64,000 bases of DNA. It comes from Ignavibacteriota bacterium. GTDB taxonomy: Bacteria > Bacteroidota > Ignavibacteria > UBA10030 > UBA6906. A program made the translations under genes and the position numbers. The notes below the pieces were generated by a model. That model ran no database searches and was not told the origin of the DNA. It saw only the letters and a program-made list of their open reading frames with translations. Each line of letters begins with the position of its first letter. Position 1 is the first letter of the stretch. The stretch is from assembly GCA_016218065.1 (NCBI GenBank), contig JACRFA010000097.1:940-64939 (forward strand). Direction: 5' to 3'. Below are positions 57,490-64,000 of this stretch, in pieces.

Positions 57490-58566
57490 ATGACCAATGA
57501 ACTAACCAGCTCGACTCCCGGCAGGATTTGTCTCTTCGGTGAACATCAGGACTATCTTGGCCTGCCGGTGGTTCCGGCTGCAATTTCGCTTCGTCTGAAT
57601 ATTCACGGCACGCCGCGCACCGATCGTCGCATTCATATCGAGCTTCCGGATATCTGTTCACGCGAAGAATTTTCGCTCGACGATGCTCATGTCTATACAA
57701 AAACGAATGATTACTTCCGCAGCGTGGTTCGTGTACTGCAGAGGCACGGATTTACGTTTACCCACGGCGTGGACTGCGTTTTGCAGAGCCGGATTCCGCT
57801 ACAAGCCGGCACGTCAAGTTCTTCGGCGCTGGTTGTTGGGTGGGTGAATTTTCTTGCGCAGATGAGCGAGCAGCGACAGCTGTTGCCCCCCGAGCTGCTT
57901 GCGCGCTACGCGCATGAAGCGGAAGTGACGGAATTCAGCGAGGCTGGCGGCATGATGGATCAATTCTCGACGGCGTACGGAGGCGTGGTCGCGATAGATT
58001 TTGTTCCGACGGTGAAAGTCGAGAAGCTCATTGTTACGCTGGGAACGTTTGTGCTTGGCGATTCGGCGGAGCCGAAAGACACGCAGGCAATTTTGAAGCG
58101 AGTGAAAGAAGGCGTGCTCAAGATCGTCGATCGTATTGCCGCCGCTGACGCGACATTCTCGCTCGTGAAGATGCGGTCAACAAATCTCGAACGATACAAA
58201 CGCCAGCTCGGCGACGAGGAGTATCGACTTCTCGGCGGCACGGTTCAGAATCATGAATTCACGCAGCAGGCTCGTGCGCTTCTTGCCGGAGAGAATCATC
58301 GCGATATCGGCAAGCTGCTGACTGAGCATCAGACAATCCTCCGTGATGTACTCCGCATCTCGACGCCGAAGATCGACCGCATGCTTGATGCGGCGATGGG
58401 CGCCGGAGCCTACGGAGGAAAAATCAATGGCTCTGGCGGCGGCGGTTGCATGTTCGCGTACGCGCCCGAACGAAGCGAACACGTTGCGGAAGCTATTGAA
58501 CGCGCGGGCGGCAGGGCATACATCGTTTCGATTGATGAAGGGTCGAAGGTGATCGGCCATGGATAG
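57490..58566 (+). CDS. GHMP kinase of the galactokinase family (anomeric sugar-1-kinase)
   Basis: 'PGRICLFGEHQDYLGLPV' is the galactokinase signature G-E-H-x-D-Y. 'PLQAGTSSSSALVVG' is GHMP motif II. 'GKINGSGGGGCMFAYAP' is motif III. Confidence 0.75.
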   Translation: MTNELTSSTPGRICLFGEHQDYLGLPVVPAAISLRLNIHGTPRTDRRIHIELPDICSREEFSLDDAHVYTKTNDYFRSVVRVLQRHGFTFTHGVDCVLQSRIPLQAGTSSSSALVVGWVNFLAQMSEQRQLLPPELLARYAHEAEVTEFSEAGGMMDQFSTAYGGVVAIDFVPTVKVEKLIVTLGTFVLGDSAEPKDTQAILKRVKEGVLKIVDRIAAADATFSLVKMRSTNLERYKRQLGDEEYRLLGGTVQNHEFTQQARALLAGENHRDIGKLLTEHQTILRDVLRISTPKIDRMLDAAMGAGAYGGKINGSGGGGCMFAYAPERSEHVAEAIERAGGRAYIVSIDEGSKVIGHG

Positions 58567-59428
58567 GAACATCATTATTCTTGCGGGCGGCGCTTCATCA
58601 CGCATGAAGAAGTCGGCGAGTGCTGCCGGCGTTGACGAAACGATCGCTCGCGAGATTGAGCGCAAGACGAAAGCAATGCTCTCGGTCGGACAAGGCGGAC
58701 GTCCATTTTTGGATTTTCTTCTCTTCAATATTGAACAAGCCGGGTACCGTCAGGTCGTGATTATCGTGGGCGACCATGACGATTCCATCCGCTCGTACTA
58801 TGAGCATGAGCAGAAGGCCGGGAGTTTCCCTCATCTCACATTCAAATTCGTAACACAGAAAATTCCTACCGAAAGGCAGAAACCTCTCGGCACGGCAGAC
58901 GCAGTGGTGCAGGCATTGCACGCGTTGCCCGAGTGGAGAGGACAACAGTTCACCGTTTGTAATGCAGACAATCTCTATTCCGTCGCTGCACTGCGGTTGC
59001 TGCTGGAAGATTCGCACGAGGGAGCGGTGATCGACTATGAGCGTTCAGCGTTGAGCTTTCCCGAAGAACGGATCTCACAGTTTGCCATCACGATGAAAGA
59101 CGAGAGCGGATTTCTCTCCGACATCATCGAAAAACCTTCGCTTGATGAGCTTGCACGCGCGAAGGATGCGAGCGGTCGAATTGGTGTGAGCATGAATATC
59201 TGGCGATTCACGTATGATCGCATTCTCCCGTTCGTCGAACGCCTTCCGCTTCATCCGGTCCGACAGGAGAAAGAGCTGCCTCTCGCAGTCAAGGCGATGG
59301 TTACCGAGTACCCCCGCTCAGTTTTTGCCATTCCCCTGGCCGAGCATGTTATTGATCTGACATCAGGCGAAGACATTCCCGCTGTACAGAAGTATTTGCG
59401 CGACGAATTCCAATCAACCCACAGGTGA
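58559..59428 (+). CDS. Sugar-1-phosphate nucleotidyltransferase (NTP_transferase fold)
   Basis: 'IIILAGGASSRMKKS...KAMLSVGQGGRPFLDFLL' G-x-G-x-R pyrophosphorylase N-terminus, 'LGTADAV' and 'VCNADNLY' blocks. Its start overlaps the kinase stop by 8 nt. Confidence 0.75.
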   Translation: MDRNIIILAGGASSRMKKSASAAGVDETIAREIERKTKAMLSVGQGGRPFLDFLLFNIEQAGYRQVVIIVGDHDDSIRSYYEHEQKAGSFPHLTFKFVTQKIPTERQKPLGTADAVVQALHALPEWRGQQFTVCNADNLYSVAALRLLLEDSHEGAVIDYERSALSFPEERISQFAITMKDESGFLSDIIEKPSLDELARAKDASGRIGVSMNIWRFTYDRILPFVERLPLHPVRQEKELPLAVKAMVTEYPRSVFAIPLAEHVIDLTSGEDIPAVQKYLRDEFQSTHR

Positions 59429-59432
59429 TCTC

Positions 59433-60797
59433 ATGACAACTCGAAGAGAGTTCGTGAAGGAGACTGCAACCATCGCTGCCGGTCTATCGATTCTCAATTC
59501 TCCGTTTCAACTATTTGCATCAGAACAGAAATCAAAAATCAGACTGGGGTTCATCGGAGTCGGGTTGCGGGGTCAGGACCATCTGGCCGAAGCTTTGAAG
59601 CGCAAGGACATCGAGGTGATTGCCATCTGTGACCCGGATGTCGAGTCGGCTATTCCGCGCTCACGCAAGATTCTTCAGGATGCAGGCGTGAAGAGGAAAG
59701 TCGCCGAGTACACGAAAGGAGAGTACGACTATCGGAAGCTGCTGGAGCGCGATGACATCGATGCAGTGATCGTCTCGACTCCGTGGGAGTGGCACGCTGT
59801 GCAGGGCGTCGATGCAATGAAAGCCGGCAAGGCTGTCGGCATGGAAGTATGCGGCGCGACGGATATTCAAGGATGCTGGGATCTGGTTGAGACCTACGAA
59901 GAAACCGGCGCGCCGTTCTTTGGATTGGAGAATGTCTGCTATCGGCGCGATGTGATGGCCGTGCTCAATATGGCGCGGCAAGGCGTCTTCGGCGAGTTGC
60001 TTCACCTACACGGGGGATACCAACATGACTTGCGCGAAGTGAAGTTTAACGATGGCAAACAGTTCTACGGCGGCGGCGTGGAGTTTGGCGAGAAGGGAAT
60101 ATCTGAAGCGAAGTGGAGGACGAATCATTCGGTTCATCGCAACGGCGAATTGTACCCGACGCACGGACTTGGTCCGATCTGCACGATGCTCGACATCAAT
60201 CGCGGCAACCGGCTGATGACGCTTTCGTCGATGGCAACGAAGTCACGCGGGCTGCACAAGTACGTCGTTGACCACGGCGGCGAACATCATCCGAATGCGC
60301 GAGTGAAGTTCAAGCTCGGCGATGTTGTCACAACATCCATCACGACGGCGAATGGCGAGACGATCATTCTCTCACACGACACAAACTCGCCGCGACCGTA
60401 TTCGTTGAACTTCAGAATTCAGGGGACGCAGGGTTTGTGGATGGATGATTTCAATTCGATTTATGTCGAAGGCGTGAGTCCGCAGGCGCACCGCTGGGAA
60501 TCAGACGCCGTGTTCATGGAGAAGTACGATCATCCGCTCTGGAAGAAGTACGCAGGCGCGGCGAAGGAGGCCGGACACGGCGGCATGGACTATTTCGTTC
60601 TCAATGCATTTATCGAATGCGTGAAGCGCGATCTTCCGTGTCCGCTGGACGTGTACGACACGGCGACCTGGTATGCCATCACGCCGCTCTCGGAAGCCAG
60701 CATCGCACAAGGCGGGGGCGTGCAACAGATTCCGGACTTCACGAAAGGCAAGTGGATGAACCGCAAGCCGATCTTCGCGATGGATGGAGAGTATTGA
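59433..60797 (+). CDS. Tat-exported Gfo/Idh/MocA-family NAD-dependent enzyme (GH109 alpha-N-acetylgalactosaminidase-like)
   Basis: Twin-arginine signal 'MTTRREFVKETATIAAGLSILNSPFQLFASEQ'. Rossmann 'IRLGFIGVGLRGQDHL'. At 454 aa the length and architecture match GH109 members. Confidence 0.75.
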   Translation: MTTRREFVKETATIAAGLSILNSPFQLFASEQKSKIRLGFIGVGLRGQDHLAEALKRKDIEVIAICDPDVESAIPRSRKILQDAGVKRKVAEYTKGEYDYRKLLERDDIDAVIVSTPWEWHAVQGVDAMKAGKAVGMEVCGATDIQGCWDLVETYEETGAPFFGLENVCYRRDVMAVLNMARQGVFGELLHLHGGYQHDLREVKFNDGKQFYGGGVEFGEKGISEAKWRTNHSVHRNGELYPTHGLGPICTMLDINRGNRLMTLSSMATKSRGLHKYVVDHGGEHHPNARVKFKLGDVVTTSITTANGETIILSHDTNSPRPYSLNFRIQGTQGLWMDDFNSIYVEGVSPQAHRWESDAVFMEKYDHPLWKKYAGAAKEAGHGGMDYFVLNAFIECVKRDLPCPLDVYDTATWYAITPLSEASIAQGGGVQQIPDFTKGKWMNRKPIFAMDGEY

Positions 60798-60828
60798 GAT
60801 GATGATGGAGAATGGAACACACAGTGAT

Positions 60829-60855
60829 GTAGTGCGACGAGACTCGCCGCACTAC
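60829..60855. terminator. Hairpin between convergent genes (possible bidirectional terminator, weak U-tract)
   Basis: 'GTAGTGCGACGAG a CTCGCCGCACTAC' 13-bp stem with one mismatch. Confidence 0.3.
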
Positions 60856-60867
60856 ACACATCAAGAT

Positions 60868-63798
60868 TCACTTCAGGATGATCATCTTTTTCACGTTGGA
60901 GAAGCTCCCCGCTTGAAGGCGATAGAGGTACATGCCGCTCGCGAGAGAGCTTGAGTCAAACACCTGCTCGTAGCTGCCGGCATCGCGCACCTCATCAACA
61001 ATCGTCGCAACCTTTCGACCTAAGAGATCATACACCTTCAACGACACGTGTCCGTCATTCGGAATGTGGAATCTAATGGTAGTTGTCGGGTTAAACGGAT
61101 TGGGATAATTCTGGTCCAAAGCGTAAGCTGTCGGCACGGTCTGTTGTTCTTCCTCTCCTTCTTTGGACAAGAGTTGTACCAACTCCACGTTGTCAAAGTA
61201 ATAATCATCGCCCGGTGCACACGCGTAAACAAAATAGAACTGAAGGCGCGTATCCGTTGTTGTCATACCGGAGAAATCCGCAGCGCCAAAGTCGCGAACA
61301 TAGTGTGCCCAGTTGGGAGTCAGCTGAATCCATCCCCAGTAGCCGTAGCTATTGTATGGCGAGGTATGCCGCCGAACGGCTGCAAACACCTGGCGCGATG
61401 TAGGTGAGTATGCATCGAAGCTTAGGCGATATCGTTTGCCCTTGATCAGCGGAAAGCCCGTCTGATAGATTTGCATGTTGTTGCTCGTGCGGTTGATGTG
61501 GAGCTTTGCGAATGATCCCGACGGACCGCCGGTTGGGGTCGTAAAGACAATATCGTTGGATAAGGGTGTGAACTGCTTCCAGCTTGTTGTACCATGATCA
61601 AAGCCCCCGTTGAGTACGAGAGTGGGAATTGCCGGTGGCAATGAAGGATCCTTGGAGGACGCAAGATGCGAATGGCTGCTTGCACTCACGTCCGTGAACA
61701 TGCCCCCCATATACACGTTCTGCCCATCAACGAAGATGCAACCGAGTCTGTCGTTTGCGACGGGAGCCCAAGGCTTAGCTTGCGCAGTCACAGGATCAAG
61801 TGCCGCCACATTCCGTCGAGCTTGCCCCCCAATCCAATCGAATTCACCGCCGACATATATTGCTGACGCAGTCGGAGCAATCGAAAAAAAGATGTAATAA
61901 TTGATGATGTCTGGATGCCAGTCTATTAGAGCTCCCGTAGCGGCATCAACGGCCGCAATGTTATGTCGATGAAATTCACCAACTTTGTTAAAAGTGCCAC
62001 CAACGTATACCCTTGATCCGAGAACAGCCATTGCCCAAACCCACGCGGCTTGTCCGCTGTATGTTCTCAGGTGCGCATCCCAACTCAACACCGCACCTGT
62101 TGTTGCATCAACCGCTGCCAATCCTTGTCTTGGCTGCCCGCCAATCTGATCAAACTCGCCAGCGACATACACTCTCGAACCCGAGACTGCAAGAAGGTTC
62201 ACTTTGTAGTTAGGATTCGGATCCCAGCTCTTCAGCGCGCCGGTGGCGGCATCGAACGCGGCCAGCCGACTTCGATTAACACTATTTACCGAAGTGAAGT
62301 AGCCGCCTACGAAGATTGTTGATCCAGATGCTGCAAGCGCATCGACGTAATGATCCACGTTGGGGTTCCAATTGGAAAGGACACCTGACGCGGCATCAAA
62401 CAAAGCAAGTCGGCTGCGGTTCTGTCCACCCAACGAAGTGAAATCTCCACCGACGTACAGCTTTGAATCGTGCACGAGCAATGCTTTGATGTCGGAGTTT
62501 GCGTCTGCACGCCAAGAGAGAACAGCTCCGGACGCCTTGTCAATGGCGGCAAGGTTGAGTCGTCGCTGACCACCAACACTTGTAAGCGCGCCCCCTGCAA
62601 ACAGCCGCGAGTTTACAAAAGCAAGCATATAGACGTAGTCGTTCGCATTGGGATTCCAATTGGTCAACGCGCCCGTTGTAAGATCGAATTCAGCGAGACT
62701 CCCGCGGTCTTGGTTGTTCACTTGCGTAAACCATCCTCCAACGAAGAGTGAAGTTCCAATTATTTCAAGATCCCTAACCTCGACACCCCTCGGCCAACCG
62801 GGTGATTCACCGTAGAGTTGAGGATCCCAAGGCATCGCATTCGCGCTGACCATGTCTACAGATGCCAAGCCACTTCTCTGCTGTCCCCCGATTGAAGTGA
62901 ATAATCCCCCAACATACATTACTGCACCATCAGGGAACATTGTGTTGACAACCCAACTTGGGTCGGGATTCCACGGAGCGACATCCGCAGTGAGTGCATC
63001 CACTTCCGCCAGATGATTCCTCGATTGTCCACCAATTGTGTGGAACAATCCACCCACAAAGATTCTAGAACCCACCGCAGTAATTGACTGAACTGATGTT
63101 GGGTTCAGGAATGAATCATTGTCGAGATTGGCAACCCACGGTTTGACGCTGCCTGAACTAATGTCTATCGCTGCCAGTCTCGTTCTTTCAAGCCCACCTA
63201 TGACACCGAACCTACCACCGACAAAGAGAGTTGAACCCTGCAACTGCATTGCAAATACAGAGGCATCCGCGTTTGGATTCCAACCCAGCAGAGATCCGGT
63301 GGCAAGATTGAGCGCGGCTAGCCCATTTCGGGAGATTGCACCGACATGAGTAAAATCTCCTCCGACGAACAAAGTTGAGCCTGAGACAATCATCGCATAG
63401 ACATCGCCGTCCACGCCGGGATTCCATGTTGCATCGACGATTTTGCTCGCAGTAATATGCACAAGATGTGCAATCGGTGCTGTGCCCACTGAACGGAAGC
63501 CACCTCCCAGGAACCAGCCGCCCGATCCATCGCTCACAATGCAGCGAACGGCCCCACCTTTCACTCTCGGAAAAGTGTTGTCCATTGCTCCCGAAATTGG
63601 ATCAAGCGCAACGCATTGACCAGTTGGGGGTCCGACTTGTGTAAATCTTCCACCGATGTAAAGGCGATTCCCACTTGTCGCCATTGCTGAAACCGGCCCA
63701 TCGGTCATCCATAGTTCGTCACTAATGGTTTGCGACTGCATCACTGATGGATGAAATACAACTGCAAGCACGACTGCACAACAAAGAAAGATCTTCAT
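60868..63798 (-). CDS. Secreted tandem-repeat (about 14 x 48 aa) beta-propeller protein with CBM4/9-like module and T9SS C-terminal sorting domain
   Basis: Start at M 63798 (AGGAG RBS, signal 'MKIFLCCAVVLAVVFHPSVMQSQ'). Repeats such as 'LYVGGDFTSLGGQNRSRLALFDAASGVLSNWNPNVDHYVDALAASGST'. 'LVLNGGFDHGTTSWKQF...YYFDNVELV' resembles CBM4/9. C-terminal 'LDQNYPNPFNPTTTIRFHIPNDGHVSLKVYDLLGRKVATIV...SGMYLYRL...KKMIILK'. Confidence 0.7.
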   Translation of the reverse strand: MKIFLCCAVVLAVVFHPSVMQSQTISDELWMTDGPVSAMATSGNRLYIGGRFTQVGPPTGQCVALDPISGAMDNTFPRVKGGAVRCIVSDGSGGWFLGGGFRSVGTAPIAHLVHITASKIVDATWNPGVDGDVYAMIVSGSTLFVGGDFTHVGAISRNGLAALNLATGSLLGWNPNADASVFAMQLQGSTLFVGGRFGVIGGLERTRLAAIDISSGSVKPWVANLDNDSFLNPTSVQSITAVGSRIFVGGLFHTIGGQSRNHLAEVDALTADVAPWNPDPSWVVNTMFPDGAVMYVGGLFTSIGGQQRSGLASVDMVSANAMPWDPQLYGESPGWPRGVEVRDLEIIGTSLFVGGWFTQVNNQDRGSLAEFDLTTGALTNWNPNANDYVYMLAFVNSRLFAGGALTSVGGQRRLNLAAIDKASGAVLSWRADANSDIKALLVHDSKLYVGGDFTSLGGQNRSRLALFDAASGVLSNWNPNVDHYVDALAASGSTIFVGGYFTSVNSVNRSRLAAFDAATGALKSWDPNPNYKVNLLAVSGSRVYVAGEFDQIGGQPRQGLAAVDATTGAVLSWDAHLRTYSGQAAWVWAMAVLGSRVYVGGTFNKVGEFHRHNIAAVDAATGALIDWHPDIINYYIFFSIAPTASAIYVGGEFDWIGGQARRNVAALDPVTAQAKPWAPVANDRLGCIFVDGQNVYMGGMFTDVSASSHSHLASSKDPSLPPAIPTLVLNGGFDHGTTSWKQFTPLSNDIVFTTPTGGPSGSFAKLHINRTSNNMQIYQTGFPLIKGKRYRLSFDAYSPTSRQVFAAVRRHTSPYNSYGYWGWIQLTPNWAHYVRDFGAADFSGMTTTDTRLQFYFVYACAPGDDYYFDNVELVQLLSKEGEEEQQTVPTAYALDQNYPNPFNPTTTIRFHIPNDGHVSLKVYDLLGRKVATIVDEVRDAGSYEQVFDSSSLASGMYLYRLQAGSFSNVKKMIILK

Positions 63799-64000
63799 AG
63801 TGAGCTCCTCTGTGATATATTGTTGCGTGAACTGCTTGGCGCAAAAGAAGGCAGCGAGGTCGTCGGTAAGATGAAGAGGTAGGTTATCGGCGGCTCGCCA
63901 ACTCCTTTGTCGAGCCACGCCTCTGGTAATGAATCAAAGAACGATGATTGAACGAATTGCTTGTCCGCTACTGTGGCCTCAGTAGCAGTCGGGACAAAGC

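Overview
This 64 kb window is a densely coding chromosomal segment, GC about 55-58%, from a Gram-negative bacterium of the Fibrobacteres-Chlorobi-Bacteroidetes (FCB) type. That assignment rests on five type-IX-secretion (T9SS) C-terminal sorting domains of the 'NYPNPFNPTTTIRYQ...GVYFYRL...KKMxLLK' kind, a GWxTD protein, BamA, and LPS-core genes.

Housekeeping content:
- TonB-dependent receptor (5' truncated by the window edge), GH57 glucanotransferase, GT2 glycosyltransferase.
- CtpA, gamma-carbonic-anhydrase-like and MBL-fold pair, CspA, YbeY, Smg, TopA, XerC/D-like recombinase, HPF, HprK, M23 peptidase.
- BamA, HolB, MetG, an orphan response regulator, YjbQ.
- LpxL-like acyltransferase, GT9 heptosyltransferase, TsaC, a PIG-L deacetylase fusion.
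- An FbpABC-like ABC importer.

Accessory content and items worth a second look:
1. A lower-GC island carrying a DinD homologue, flanked by two diverged paralogous LPPRNEP lipoproteins and a 1110-aa thrombospondin-type-3-repeat T9SS cargo protein.
2. A lower-GC type II restriction-modification pair (Dam-like motif order but an SPPY catalytic motif) with ATGA translational coupling.
3. Tandem BNR-repeat T9SS cargo paralogues that share a 59-nt perfectly identical patch in their sorting domains.
4. A tRNA-Arg(CCG) followed 115 bp downstream by a second copy that carries a 20-bp perfect palindrome (CCTGCCTGCCGGCAGGCAGG) inserted exactly in the D-loop.
5. A partner-switching module: membrane GAF-PP2C phosphatase, STAS antagonist, RsbW-like kinase and a second GAF-PP2C phosphatase, with no sigma factor in the window.
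6. A GalK-family anomeric sugar kinase, a sugar-1-P nucleotidyltransferase and a Tat-exported GH109-like Gfo/Idh/MocA enzyme, which reads as a candidate amino-sugar salvage operon.
7. A 1016-aa protein built of about 14 tandem 48-aa repeats (two predicted beta-propellers) plus a CBM4/9-like module and a T9SS sorting domain.
8. A consensus sigma70 promoter that fires directly into a terminator-like hairpin upstream of the M23 peptidase gene, a candidate small RNA or leader.

No CRISPR array, rRNA gene or transposase was seen. Family names come from motif recognition and carry the usual uncertainty.

None of these is a clearly novel multi-gene system. The tRNA palindrome insertion (4), the sugar-salvage operon (6) and the partner-switching module (5) are the strongest leads.
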